A stretch of 25,013 bases of DNA from a virus. Taxonomy: Duplodnaviria; Heunggongvirae; Uroviricota; Caudoviricetes. The position numbers and the translations under genes are program-made. The stretch is taken from positions 1 through 25,013 of IMG/VR virus record IMGVR_UViG_3300045988_007239. One strand, written 5' to 3'. Shown piece after piece: positions 1 to 9,347 of the stretch. The notes under the pieces are model-generated. The model was not told the DNA's origin and did no database searches. It worked only from the letters and a program-made list of their open reading frames with translations. Positions within the stretch are counted from its first letter, which is position 1, and each line of letters starts with the position of its first letter.

Positions 1-4
1 CACA

Positions 5-469
5 TTATTTTCTCTCCATGTGAAATCTGTGGAAATTAAGACCAAGAGCACCATAAGGCGCGGATTCTTCAAGCCTGAATCCAAGCCAGTGCAGCCATGC
101 TTTGGCAACATGGTTTCGCTCGTCGACGTAGTTTTCCAGGCGCGGATAAACTGCCAGCATCTGCTGCAATACAGGGCGGCAGTGGCGAAGAAATGTCTTC
201 TGATATTTTTCGATACGGCTGGTTCCGACCAGCCAGGGCGTACCATTGCCACCGATCATTGACGCCGGAGATACGCCAAACATGGTTACCAGTTCTCCGT
301 TCGCAAATCCTGACCAGGCCATAGTCGCAGTGTGCAGACCAACGCGCAGCGCATCTTCGGTAGTCATCAGCGATACCGCATACAGTTCGTCAATATCAGC
401 CTGACGAACATCCGGCAAAATCATCTGAAGATGCTCTTCGGTTGCGGGAATAATTTGAACATCGATCAT
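5..469 (-). CDS. hypothetical virion-associated protein (possibly internal virion protein)
   Basis: 154-aa ORF; start overlaps stop of upstream 823-aa tail gene by 1 nt (coupled); lies after tail-tube-like genes. Function is by position only. Confidence 0.5.
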   Translation of the reverse strand: MIDVQIIPATEEHLQMILPDVRQADIDELYAVSLMTTEDALRVGLHTATMAWSGFANGELVTMFGVSPASMIGGNGTPWLVGTSRIEKYQKTFLRHCRPVLQQMLAVYPRLENYVDERNHVAKAWLHWLGFRLEESAPYGALGLNFHRFHMERK

Positions 470-2940
470 CAGAATCCCCCAACAGTAAGGCGAGGAATAA
501 CGGCAAGAACAGACAGCGGCAACGGGTCAAGCTGACGGATTTTTACACGTCCGTTTTTGCCCCAGTTACTGTCCAGTTTCACTTCTACTTTTCCGGTAGC
601 ATCATCAACAGGATCATCGTAGAACTCGAATTCACGCTGTGGATATTCGTACCATTTACCGCCGGGCGTAGTCGCCCAGATGCCGCGACTGGCATTCACA
701 ACCAGAGTAACGGACGGGATCACCTGTTTTTTGTCCAGCAGCGTTTCCTGTCCGTTAATGTTGATATCCAGTGTTTCGAATTCAGCAGTTATTGGCAGGC
801 CGATGTGCACTACAGCCCCCGGTGATTCCAGCGTGACGGCACCTCCGGAAACTACTTTCTGTGGTTCCACGTTCGCATCAGAGAGGATGTTTACGGTCTG
901 ACCTTCAAGATGAGACAAGCCGCCAAATGCCCGGCGCGCCATCTGCCAGTTCGTGGTGGCCACATTCCTGAGGGATGGCGGGACGTTCCTGTTAGCACGA
1001 ACCACTACAGCGGTGTTGCTGGTTACAGAAATAATGTCGCAACGTAATTCTTTTGACACTTCATCGCCAGTATCAGGATCAGTTCCGGTATAAGGGAACT
1101 GTAGTTGCGCACCGACATCACTACTGGTGAAGTACGCACCGCCAGAAATACTGATTGTATATTCCGCGCGGTAATCCCATTCGCCAGAACCACCAGTGAT
1201 GGTCATCGTTCTGTCAGACGTATTTCTTCCATCATAGCTAAGGCCAGAATCAACAAAGAAAGCATCTTCATCGCTGGTAAATAAACGGCTGGACAGTCGC
1301 TCGATGTATCTCACTGTTTGCCCGTTAACGGTTCGGTTAACGACGAAATACACCGCATCTTCATTTCCTTCGCTGATACTGCATGTGCTTTCATATTTTC
1401 CGGTACTGGATTGTGGTGCCCATGCAAAAACCTGCTGATCACGCAAATAGGTCATCACCAGTAATTTACCGTCATCACGAATGCAGAAGGCGCTGGAGTA
1501 AGGGACAATAGAGAAGCACCAGTCAACAATGCTGTGCTTCTGAAAAAGATGATTGGCAAGGATGGTCAGGTCGTTCCCCTGATAGCCGTCAACATCGAAT
1601 GAGTAGGCCAGATCACGGACAACGCTGCCTTTCTCCTGGACGAACAGAGCAATATTCGCCACGGCAATTGGCGGGACGTTGCTTGAGCCATTTGATCCCT
1701 GAGAGCTGAATGCAAATGATGATGGGGTTAACACTTTGTTCTGGTCGCCGGTGATGACGTACTCACCTCCGGAAGTCAGCGCCACCAGAGAACCAACATC
1801 AATCAGGTGGCGGATCTCATTAACCTGACGTCCGGCATAGGTGTAGATAATTCTGTCGTCATCCTGCGTAGGATTGCTTTTGCCAAAATCCTTATAATCC
1901 CCGGTACGGCTGGCCCAGATAGTCTGAGGAAACGCAGTCGATGCGGCGAAGTAAAGACGTTGTTGATAATAAACAACAGTGCCAGGATAACCATTAACAC
2001 TGTTCCAGGCATATTTAGCCCATTTATAGCTGGCATTATCCTCGCCCACGACCTGCGAAGGGATATAGGAAATCACCTCGGCAGTTGCAGTAGTTCCATT
2101 TGCAGCAGTGATACGGGCAATGCCAAAACCACTGTGCAGATATTCCCACTCAATGCCAGTATCATCATCACCGGATCCGCCCCAGCCATCCCATGATGTG
2201 CCTTCTGTATGCGAAGGGCGCAAAGTACCTGTTTTGCCTGCTGTAACGGCGCGATAGTAGTTACTGTCTGCACGGCGAATATCGCCAATCGACGTACTCT
2301 TACTGGTTTCCCATACCGGCACAGAATCCACTGCAGGCTGTTCCAGATAGAACAATTTGCCTACCTGCTCCGCGCCAAAAATAGAGGCGCTTGCCGTTAG
2401 CGTAATTGTCCCGGTGCTGGCGCTGGCATAAACCGTCACTGACTCGTCAATATTGATATCTTCAAATGGCCCGTTCTTCGTTACCACATCAACCAGTTGC
2501 CAGTTGTCATGCGCATAGCGGCGCAACTCTTTCGGCGGGTATGCCGGGTGAACCAGCGTAAGCACGTCGGCGCTTTGCGTAAATTTAATTCGGAACAGAT
2601 CGGCTTCAGTATATGGCGTGGCAATTTCATAAATAACATTGCTGCTGTTCAGCACCAACGCACCATCTTTGATAACGCGCATGTACTGGTGTCCGAACTC
2701 CAGAGCATAAGTCTGAACCGTCGAGAACTGGAACGGGATCAGGCGGCATTTCCGATTTGGGTATTTGGCGGCACCGACAAAACGCGTACCAGGTCGATTC
2801 TCAACTCCGCCATACTGCCGCACGATAAAGTTATCGCACTTGCGCAATGCCACCTGGTACTTCGCCATGTCGATACGACCGTACAACGACGGTCCAATCT
2901 CACCACCGGCAAAGCTGGGCTGGATCCAACTGATAGCCAT
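469..2940 (-). CDS. large tail structural protein, podovirus tail tubular protein B-like
   Basis: 823-aa ORF coupled to flanking genes in the head/tail operon; size and N-terminal GG-x-I-x-P pattern recall T7 gp12-type nozzle proteins (from memory, unverified). Confidence 0.55.
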   Translation of the reverse strand: MAISWIQPSFAGGEIGPSLYGRIDMAKYQVALRKCDNFIVRQYGGVENRPGTRFVGAAKYPNRKCRLIPFQFSTVQTYALEFGHQYMRVIKDGALVLNSSNVIYEIATPYTEADLFRIKFTQSADVLTLVHPAYPPKELRRYAHDNWQLVDVVTKNGPFEDINIDESVTVYASASTGTITLTASASIFGAEQVGKLFYLEQPAVDSVPVWETSKSTSIGDIRRADSNYYRAVTAGKTGTLRPSHTEGTSWDGWGGSGDDDTGIEWEYLHSGFGIARITAANGTTATAEVISYIPSQVVGEDNASYKWAKYAWNSVNGYPGTVVYYQQRLYFAASTAFPQTIWASRTGDYKDFGKSNPTQDDDRIIYTYAGRQVNEIRHLIDVGSLVALTSGGEYVITGDQNKVLTPSSFAFSSQGSNGSSNVPPIAVANIALFVQEKGSVVRDLAYSFDVDGYQGNDLTILANHLFQKHSIVDWCFSIVPYSSAFCIRDDGKLLVMTYLRDQQVFAWAPQSSTGKYESTCSISEGNEDAVYFVVNRTVNGQTVRYIERLSSRLFTSDEDAFFVDSGLSYDGRNTSDRTMTITGGSGEWDYRAEYTISISGGAYFTSSDVGAQLQFPYTGTDPDTGDEVSKELRCDIISVTSNTAVVVRANRNVPPSLRNVATTNWQMARRAFGGLSHLEGQTVNILSDANVEPQKVVSGGAVTLESPGAVVHIGLPITAEFETLDININGQETLLDKKQVIPSVTLVVNASRGIWATTPGGKWYEYPQREFEFYDDPVDDATGKVEVKLDSNWGKNGRVKIRQLDPLPLSVLAVIPRLTVGGF

Positions 2941-3545
2941 CAGGACAACCTCGCAATGGTAAACTCGTCAACCGGTGGCAGTGGTTCCTGTGATTCATTC
3001 TGGCTATGCGAGCCAGCACTAAGAATCACGCGATTGTACATATTGAGGGCAAACGTACCGAGGTCTGCATTCCCAGTCAGCGCCATGTTAATAGCTGCCG
3101 CAAGACGCCAGGCCAACGCCTCCATAAAAATGGCATCAAACATGTTCACATCTGAAACGCGAGAGACATACTTGAGCCATGCCTGCGGCTGGTCTGTGTA
3201 GATCAACTTTCCTGTTCCGTTGGTGTCTGCACCAACTTCGTACTGAACGCGCATTGCTGCTGTTGGATTGCGTACACCAGGAAGCATAATTTCAGTAATG
3301 CGCAGACAATCGGACGGGTACTGATACGCATATTCCCAGTCAGGCGGTGGATTGCTCGTATCTGCAAGCGCCACGCGTTTGGTAGCAAAGTTCCAGTCAA
3401 AATCAGAAAGCACAGCATCACGGCAGGCCTCAAAGTGCAGCGAACATTCCCCCGCTTCCTTGCTGGCTTCCGTCAGGCTGTTAATGCTGCGGCTATTGCC
3501 AATATTGGACAGCGCACGATTGCAGATCTCTACTACAGAGGCCAT
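2940..3545 (-). CDS. tail tubular protein A-like / head-tail adaptor
   Basis: 201-aa ORF immediately upstream of the 823-aa gene; N-terminal I-x-N-x-AL-x-x-IG ... W-x-F pattern recalls T7 gp11 family; stop/start overlap with neighbours. Confidence 0.45.
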   Translation of the reverse strand: MASVVEICNRALSNIGNSRSINSLTEASKEAGECSLHFEACRDAVLSDFDWNFATKRVALADTSNPPPDWEYAYQYPSDCLRITEIMLPGVRNPTAAMRVQYEVGADTNGTGKLIYTDQPQAWLKYVSRVSDVNMFDAIFMEALAWRLAAAINMALTGNADLGTFALNMYNRVILSAGSHSQNESQEPLPPVDEFTIARLS

Positions 3546-3874
3546 TACTCACCCCCATTGCCGTACAGGGTTTCAGCCGCTGATTTTTCTACATCCCCGG
3601 AAACAGGAGCGATCGCCATATCAGTGATCTGCAGATCGGCGCTGCGATTAACACCATCGTCAGTTTCTCTGGCAGACAGGCCTCGAATAACAGCTTTTGC
3701 AGTTATCATCACTTCTGTTCCGACGCCCTGAGGTTGCGCCTTCAGCTTATTCAATGTGTCGTTATTAAGAGTGATGCACAGCCCCCACGGGTATTCATCG
3801 CGAGTTCTGGTTTCTCCGCTCTCATCCTGGTAGCTGTCAGTGCCGGTTTTGAGGTTTACGAGTTCCATATACAC
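3545..3874 (-). CDS. hypothetical structural protein
   Basis: 109-aa ORF in the structural operon; GGAG-like RBS just downstream of the 3881-3902 hairpin. Confidence 0.5.
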   Translation of the reverse strand: MYMELVNLKTGTDSYQDESGETRTRDEYPWGLCITLNNDTLNKLKAQPQGVGTEVMITAKAVIRGLSARETDDGVNRSADLQITDMAIAPVSGDVEKSAAETLYGNGGE

Positions 3875-3880
3875 TCCTGC

Positions 3881-3902
3881 AATAAAGGGGCCGAAGCCCC
3901 TT
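3881..3902 (-). terminator. intrinsic terminator-like hairpin inside the structural operon
   Basis: On - strand: GGGGC-ttcg-GCCCC stem followed by TTTATT; sits between the 114-aa and 109-aa genes. Confidence 0.5.
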
Positions 3903-3918
3903 GTCGGATTCGCGAGGC

Positions 3919-4263
3919 TTACACGCCTAGTTCTTTACGCTTATCTGCGATCTTCTCGCGGAGCGTTTCGGCTTTAGCGTTATGGTGTGGCTTCTCGTTA
4001 AAGAGCAATTCGTACTCTTCACGGAGCTTATCCAGTTCACCATCATCTGACACATCGTTGATGATTTTGGTGTTGGTTGCTGCCATTGACACCTTTCCTG
4101 CAACTTTTGCTTTTGCCTGTCTGGCTGCATCGTTAACAGGTTCCAGTGCGCTACCAGGCTCACCTTCGTATTCGATTTCTGCCCCCTCCGGCCACAGAGT
4201 GTTATGGATATGAGAGAGGCGCAGAACGCGGTATCTTGGTTTCTCACCTGACATCGATATCAC
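3919..4263 (-). CDS. hypothetical protein
   Basis: 114-aa ORF, co-oriented and closely packed in the structural operon. Confidence 0.55.
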   Translation of the reverse strand: MISMSGEKPRYRVLRLSHIHNTLWPEGAEIEYEGEPGSALEPVNDAARQAKAKVAGKVSMAATNTKIINDVSDDGELDKLREEYELLFNEKPHHNAKAETLREKIADKRKELGV

Positions 4264-4264
4264 C

Positions 4265-4702
4265 TTAACCAGTTACTTTTGAACGGATCGGATACGGCGT
4301 ATTGGCATCAACATCAAGACTGATACCCGCAGTGAATTCGCCAGCCGTTAGTGGGCCAGTTGCGACGGAGTAGTTAACACGCAGATATCGCTGAACACCG
4401 GCAGGCACCTTTGCAGAAACAACTCGTTTACCTGCTGTCAGGGCGGTCTTTGCCAGTGCACCACTATCATAAATAGTGGTCCATGAGCTGTTATCCTCAC
4501 TCGTCTGCAACTGGATGTTTACAGTTGCATCACCGCTTGCTGCGGCGGCTGTGTTAACCAGCGCCCAAAACTCAAGCGGGTAACCCACGCCGATATCACG
4601 ACGTTTTCCGTCAATTGGACCGAGATCGATTACGTCAGTAGAAGCCGCGGTATTCGTAACCGCCTGAGCTTCGGAGAACATCAACAGTTTGTCGGTGATC
4701 AT
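4265..4702 (-). CDS. hypothetical structural protein (possible capsid decoration protein)
   Basis: 145-aa ORF directly downstream of the major capsid gene; GGAGAAAG RBS upstream; Thr/Ala/Gly-rich, beta-rich composition. Confidence 0.5.
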   Translation of the reverse strand: MITDKLLMFSEAQAVTNTAASTDVIDLGPIDGKRRDIGVGYPLEFWALVNTAAAASGDATVNIQLQTSEDNSSWTTIYDSGALAKTALTAGKRVVSAKVPAGVQRYLRVNYSVATGPLTAGEFTAGISLDVDANTPYPIRSKVTG

Positions 4703-4717
4703 CTTCTTTCTCCATTA

Positions 4718-4737
4718 GTGGGTCTGTTACGACCCAC
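4718..4737 (-). other. stem-loop after major capsid gene (attenuator or RNA processing site)
   Basis: GTGGGTC-N6-GACCCAC perfect 7-bp inverted repeat between capsid stop and next RBS; no U-tract follows. Confidence 0.35.
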
Positions 4738-4753
4738 AGGTTAATAACAGGCG

Positions 4754-5746
4754 TTACACCACGCGGGCTTCTGTTTCCAGAAGCGCATCAGTTTCACGGA
4801 TTGGTACACCACGGAATGAAGTCCACCACTCGCCTTCAGTCTCTTTTACGCTGATAGCCAGAGATGTTTTCTCCAGAGACTGCAGATCAAGAGCCTGGCC
4901 TACAGTGCGGTTCATGTAGAACACCGGGCGGCCCATGCCACGGTTTGGAATGCGATGTAGTGCTTTAACCATCAACTTCGCAATATTTGCGGCAGAGGAT
5001 GGTTCTGAAAGATTGCTGACATCGATGTTTGCAATGCGAACAACATAACGCCAGTCACGCAGAGCAAGTCCGTTATCCCATTTGTAATGGGTGCGATAGC
5101 CTTCGTACTTGCCGCCATTAGCATCTTCCAGTGTCACCTGGCCTTTATCTTCCATCTGGATGCCAGCCTTCTGCCCTTTCGGGAAGATGCCATGCACGGT
5201 GTTTTCGCCCCACACCACTAACCAGATTGAGGTGTTATCTGTACCCGTGCCACCAGCATCAATGATGTTCTGAGCATTACCCGCAGACAGGCTGGAATAG
5301 CGGGAGGACAGTCCCATAAACTGCTGAGGGTTAACGCTGGAATCACCATAAAACAGCGTCTGCGCCATCTGCTGATTCATCGCTTCAATAAATGCGCGGT
5401 CTTCAGACAGGCGGAATTCGGCGGTATTGCCGTTCAGATCAGCCAGTGACTTATCGACTTCAGCATAGGTTTCCAGCATGCCAACGGAATCGGTGACCTG
5501 CACTGTGGTTGATTTGCTTGGCTGTACGCCATAGTTCAGCAAACGCCAGGTAGCTGAAGGTAAACCAGAACGAATGGTGGTTCGGTGTCCGGTAGGAAGG
5601 TTCCCTTCGACAAAAGGCATATCCTGAAGGATCGGGTTAGTTTGACCGAGAAGCTCGATAATCTTATCGACTTTCCCGTTTGGATCGACGCGCTTACCCC
5701 AGTCAGCCAGCGTTAGCGCAGTTAAGCCTTTAACAGCCATTGTCAT
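4754..5746 (-). CDS. major capsid protein
   Basis: 330-aa ORF immediately after scaffold gene with strong RBS (AGAGAGGAAA); position and size typical of coat protein; followed by stem-loop. Confidence 0.7.
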   Translation of the reverse strand: MTMAVKGLTALTLADWGKRVDPNGKVDKIIELLGQTNPILQDMPFVEGNLPTGHRTTIRSGLPSATWRLLNYGVQPSKSTTVQVTDSVGMLETYAEVDKSLADLNGNTAEFRLSEDRAFIEAMNQQMAQTLFYGDSSVNPQQFMGLSSRYSSLSAGNAQNIIDAGGTGTDNTSIWLVVWGENTVHGIFPKGQKAGIQMEDKGQVTLEDANGGKYEGYRTHYKWDNGLALRDWRYVVRIANIDVSNLSEPSSAANIAKLMVKALHRIPNRGMGRPVFYMNRTVGQALDLQSLEKTSLAISVKETEGEWWTSFRGVPIRETDALLETEARVV

Positions 5747-5754
5747 TTCCTCTC

Positions 5755-6456
5755 TTATTTGCCATAGAGCACTTCGGCCGCACTACGCTGGCCTTCATTA
5801 CCACCGGTGACCATGCCATCTTCAGACATCGCCTTTCCGATTTTCACGAACGTTTTGACCAGATCAGGGTGATTACCCAGTCCGGTGGTGTTCAGATATT
5901 CTTTGAGTTCAGGTGTCCCGAACTGGTCAAGCGCACGCTGTGCGGCGCTAAGGTTAGAAATCAACTTGTCGCCACCGATTTCTTTGTCAGCTTTTACATC
6001 CGCAGCCCACTGCTCGGTTGTTTTCTGCCAGGCTTCTGCCTGGCGCTGCTGAACACCTGCCAGAATCTTCGGATAAGCATCAACCAGCTTTTGCGCTTGC
6101 TCGTTGGTCAGGTTAAGTTCTCGCGCCACCGGCTCGAATTCCTTCAACGCTTCTGTATCCAGCTCTACGCCTTCGGCAGCCTGAAACTCGTACTTCTCAG
6201 GCGCACCCTCTGGTTTATCGCCGTCCTTTTTTTCATCCTGCTTATCGTTTTCAGGCTTTTTGTCATCAGCAGGTTTATCGCCATCAGCAACAGGTTGTGG
6301 CTTATCACCTTCCAGTTGTGATGGATCACCAACTGGAGCAGGGTTATCACCTGCAGGCGCTGACGGTTCTGACGCAGCCGGAGCTGCTCCGCCATCAACT
6401 GGTTGCTCATTGCAAAGACGGCGATACAGCAAACGCTCAAATAAATTCATGATCAC
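5755..6456 (-). CDS. scaffolding protein
   Basis: 233 aa; highly acidic, Pro/Asp/Lys-rich low-complexity N-terminus and helical C-terminus; sits between portal and capsid genes. Confidence 0.65.
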   Translation of the reverse strand: MIMNLFERLLYRRLCNEQPVDGGAAPAASEPSAPAGDNPAPVGDPSQLEGDKPQPVADGDKPADDKKPENDKQDEKKDGDKPEGAPEKYEFQAAEGVELDTEALKEFEPVARELNLTNEQAQKLVDAYPKILAGVQQRQAEAWQKTTEQWAADVKADKEIGGDKLISNLSAAQRALDQFGTPELKEYLNTTGLGNHPDLVKTFVKIGKAMSEDGMVTGGNEGQRSAAEVLYGK

Positions 6457-6749
6457 TCCTGTTCACTGGCCTCTTTGGCCATCTTCAAATACTGTTCAGG
6501 GCAATGCGCCATAACGCGCTGAAACAGTTCCAGCGCCAGATTGCGTTGCCCCTCATTAAATGCCATTGCCATAGCATCCATCGGAGAGATAGCGGAAAAC
6601 ACCCGGCCTTTCTCCAGCACCGACCAGACAACGCGACGCCCCTGTTCACTGCTCATGACAAAGCGAATGTCATCAATTTCACGCTGTGCCATGTCACGTT
6701 GCTTACGGGCGTTTTCTTCTTTCAGTTGATCGTCTTCGTAATCTGTCAT
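6453..6749 (-). CDS. hypothetical protein (head assembly module)
   Basis: 98-aa ORF; overlaps portal stop and scaffold start by 4 nt each. Confidence 0.6.
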   Translation of the reverse strand: MTDYEDDQLKEENARKQRDMAQREIDDIRFVMSSEQGRRVVWSVLEKGRVFSAISPMDAMAMAFNEGQRNLALELFQRVMAHCPEQYLKMAKEASEQE

Positions 6750-8425
6750 TGTGATTGCCCACCCTGACCACTAAATGCATTCGCCATAGCTGACAAAACA
6801 CTCGGATCCGAAGTTTTAGCTTCGCTTAGCGTCTTGGCACCCTGTGCCGCCGCCATCCCCATCGCCATCATTTGTTGCTGCTGTTGTTGCTGTGCCCGTT
6901 GCTGGCGAGCCTGCTCAACCTGTTCCTGCGGAACAATGACGGTTGGAGACACTCCGGACATATCAGCGAATGCATCGATCGCCTGATCAACGTTGAGTTT
7001 GTCGAGAGCTTCTGGTTTCGCTTGCGCAAGTTGACCAATGAAGTTGACCGTGGATGCCAGACTGGACAGGCCGATAGACTTCTGCGCCTGAGCCATGACG
7101 GAAATGTATTCGACCTTCAGGGGCATACCTTCCATCGCGTCAGGTGGTGGCGGCAGCATGTTTTTACGCACCATCATCGAGAAAGCGCGGTCAATGAGAG
7201 GATTAAGACATTCGTCGTTCAGACGCTCCAGAACCGGCCCCAACATCAGAAGTTTTTCTTCTTTCATTTCGATCACCGCTTCAACAGGCATCGAGCGGGT
7301 ATTGATGTTCTGCAACATCATGAACAGATCGACAAAGTAGGCGCTGTTAATGATTTGACGAGTGTCCTGAATGTCTGCCACCAAATCTGCTGTACTGGGG
7401 TTAACCAGATAAGCAGGCCTGAAACTATCCTGACCAGTAATCTGATCGATATACGTGATGTCGCCAGGAAGAAGGGAGGCACGCTGATTCTTGAGGGAAG
7501 TCGGAGCAATCATCGGCGGATTGGTGGCTTTATCAATCAACTGCGACTTGCGCTTCTGGAGAAGCTGCAATGCCTTAACAGGTCCAAGCGCCAGCATACC
7601 CGGGCATGATGATCCATAAACATCTTCGCCGTTAACTTCCCAGCGCGGAGCCATAATTGGAAACTCATCGAATCCGGACTCACGCAACAACTTGTCGTTA
7701 TCGCCACCAACCTCGTAATAAACCGATTTGAATGGCTTGTTCTTGCTATCCAGCTTCGATGTATCGCGGTCAATGTTCGGGTAAACCGAATGCATCACCT
7801 CAATCCACTTCTCGTAGGTGCCGCTTTCCCACATGCTTTTTACGGATTCGCTGACGTTATTTAGCCCGAACTCCTGAACAAGCTGACGAACAGTCATAGA
7901 GAACTTGCGAAAACATGTGTCCACACTGCCACGAGGTGAGTTAGCCAGGTAGTAACTGCCTATCGGGAATGGCATTGTGCGAATGATGTCCTCGTCATCC
8001 TCCAGTACTGCCATTGCACCAGTGCTGTATGTGCCGAGGCTTCCGTATAACTGCGGCAGCGACTGATAGAGATTCGACTTATTGAACATATCGTTCATGC
8101 GGTTCTGCACCGCCTCAAGCCACAACTTAACAGGGCCATAATCCATCATTTCAGGATCTGGCGTAGCCAGGCGAAACCACGGACGCGCGGGGCTTGTGAT
8201 GCCTGACATCATGCCGCTGGCGAGAGTGCGCGCCGCCATAGTCCCGGTCGAATCAATAATGCGTGTATTGCGTCGATCGTTACGGTTGACCTCAGAAGTC
8301 AGAAAGCGGGAACCACGCGGGTTGATGTAATCACTCAACTCGCGCCAGTGCGGATCGAACGACTGACGCTCGCTTTCAAGTTGTGCGAACTGTTTGTTCA
8401 ATCGCTCTTTAGTTGTTTCCGCCAT
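6746..8425 (-). CDS. portal protein (T7 gp8-like head-to-tail connector)
   Basis: 559 aa, first large gene of the head module; Gln-rich C-terminus (QQRAQQQQQQQMMAMGMAAAQG) resembles the C-terminus of T7-type connectors (from memory). Confidence 0.8.
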   Translation of the reverse strand: MAETTKERLNKQFAQLESERQSFDPHWRELSDYINPRGSRFLTSEVNRNDRRNTRIIDSTGTMAARTLASGMMSGITSPARPWFRLATPDPEMMDYGPVKLWLEAVQNRMNDMFNKSNLYQSLPQLYGSLGTYSTGAMAVLEDDEDIIRTMPFPIGSYYLANSPRGSVDTCFRKFSMTVRQLVQEFGLNNVSESVKSMWESGTYEKWIEVMHSVYPNIDRDTSKLDSKNKPFKSVYYEVGGDNDKLLRESGFDEFPIMAPRWEVNGEDVYGSSCPGMLALGPVKALQLLQKRKSQLIDKATNPPMIAPTSLKNQRASLLPGDITYIDQITGQDSFRPAYLVNPSTADLVADIQDTRQIINSAYFVDLFMMLQNINTRSMPVEAVIEMKEEKLLMLGPVLERLNDECLNPLIDRAFSMMVRKNMLPPPPDAMEGMPLKVEYISVMAQAQKSIGLSSLASTVNFIGQLAQAKPEALDKLNVDQAIDAFADMSGVSPTVIVPQEQVEQARQQRAQQQQQQQMMAMGMAAAQGAKTLSEAKTSDPSVLSAMANAFSGQGGQSQ

Positions 8426-8439
8426 TTCAATGACTCCGG

Positions 8440-8646
8440 TTACTGACCAAGTAGCGTTTTACCGCTGGTATTAGCGGTTGATGTGTCGCCCTGAGAACCG
8501 GTAAGCAGCGTAGAACTACGACCAGCAGCAGCGCGACGGCGACGAGTTTCTTCGTCGCGGGCATCAACAACGGCGGCATCCTGCTCCTGTGGTGCTGCCT
8601 GAACTTCTGGTGTTGCAGGCACTGATGGTGAGCTACCCATGCACAT
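8440..8646 (-). CDS. small acidic hypothetical protein
   Basis: 68-aa ORF with GGAG 10 nt upstream of ATG, immediately upstream of portal; an alternative-frame ORF (8427-8666) overlaps, so the call is uncertain. Confidence 0.35.
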   Translation of the reverse strand: MCMGSSPSVPATPEVQAAPQEQDAAVVDARDEETRRRRAAAGRSSTLLTGSQGDTSTANTSGKTLLGQ

Positions 8647-8714
8647 ATCAATGACTCCGTACGCAATTAAATTATTACCAATTTAACCACATATGATTTA
8701 TTTATCGTAGATAG

Positions 8715-8751
8715 TTGACATTTAACGCATAAATTATTACCTTTTGGGTAA
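8715..8751 (+). promoter_or_regulatory. promoter-operator module driving the tRNA insert
   Basis: TTGACA (8715-8720) followed by perfect TTACC-ttttg-GGTAA (8737-8751); the stretch acgcataaattattacc nearly duplicates the pL-like promoter at 19351-19367. Confidence 0.45.
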
Positions 8752-9073
8752 CCAAAGAGTTCATTCCGGTTACTAACCTGACTGGCTTGTCGTTAAATTG
8801 AACAGGTGGAGTGAGCTTTTATTTTGAGCAGTACGGCGTATGGCACATGCGCCGATAGCGGTCTGGATACGTTTAAGGGGCACCCTCCCTTGCTCGGGCA
8901 AACGAACCAGGTAGCCGGAATGTGCAAGTCGAGCGGTTTTATTCCGCGCACGGGGATTCACCATCCCGGCGATTCGGTGTGACACCTCGGAAGAGACGAG
9001 GGTACAACGATGAGAGCATTTATGGAGCCGCGACAAAGTGTGGTGCCTTAACAGGCTAAGTGCTCTCAGCGTT

Positions 9074-9150
9074 GTGGCATTAGCTCAGTTGGACAGAGCA
9101 ACCGCCTTCTAAGCGGTTGGTCGCAGGTTCGAATCCTGCATGCCGCGCCA
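9074..9150 (+). tRNA. tRNA-Arg (anticodon UCU)
   Basis: 77-nt cloverleaf folded by hand: acceptor gtggcat/atgccgc (one G-U), D-arm gctc..gagc, anticodon stem accgc/gcggt with loop cuUCUaa, T-arm gcagg-ttcgaat-cctgc, encoded CCA end. Confidence 0.9.
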
Positions 9151-9193
9151 GAATCACGCCTAAGGACCGTGATGCCAGAAGTTCCATGGGCTT

Positions 9194-9235
9194 GGCGGTG
9201 ATGGTTTCCTTTGAAGGACTATCACCGCCCTTTTT
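9194..9235 (+). terminator. intrinsic terminator after tRNA
   Basis: 9-bp stem GGCGGTGAT/ATCACCGCC (9194-9202 / 9221-9229) followed by TTTTT. Confidence 0.6.
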
Positions 9236-9313
9236 ACAGCATGACGCCATTGCGATGACTTCATGCTGTAAACCCGTACAGCCACGGAAGGCATAACTCA
9301 TTGCTTCCAGTTC

Positions 9314-9336
9314 GCCCGGTTCGCCGGGCTTTTTTT
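9314..9336 (+). terminator. intrinsic terminator
   Basis: GCCCGG-ttcg-CCGGGC stem followed by 7 T; ends 11 nt before the ATG of the 118-aa ORF. Confidence 0.7.
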
Positions 9337-9347
9337 AAGGTGAGATT

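Noticed and set aside
6850-6900. CAG/CAA-rich repeat in the portal gene
   Set aside because: It encodes the poly-Gln C-terminal tail of the portal protein; a low-complexity coding region, not a mobile or regulatory repeat.
6872-7609. 245-aa + strand ORF inside the portal gene (similar antisense ORFs at 2497-3201, 5740-6321, 10531-11037, 13403-13774, 22270-22614)
   Set aside because: Each lies antisense within a well-supported, tightly coupled gene and has low-complexity or His/Cys/Arg-rich composition typical of shadow ORFs.
8427-8666. 79-aa alternative-frame ORF overlapping the 68-aa ORF upstream of the portal
   Set aside because: Cys/His/Arg-rich shadow-like composition and no RBS; the 68-aa frame has GGAG at the proper spacing, though even that call is weak.
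8773-9036. 87-aa ORF on the - strand inside the tRNA leader region
   Set aside because: No RBS, start not coupled to any neighbour, composition unlike the flanking genes; more likely a chance frame through a non-coding leader.
9074-9150. tRNA-Arg as the attachment site used by the integrase
   Set aside because: The integrase is about 14 kb away and phage genes (terL on one side, portal on the other) flank the tRNA, so it is an internal phage tRNA rather than the att site.
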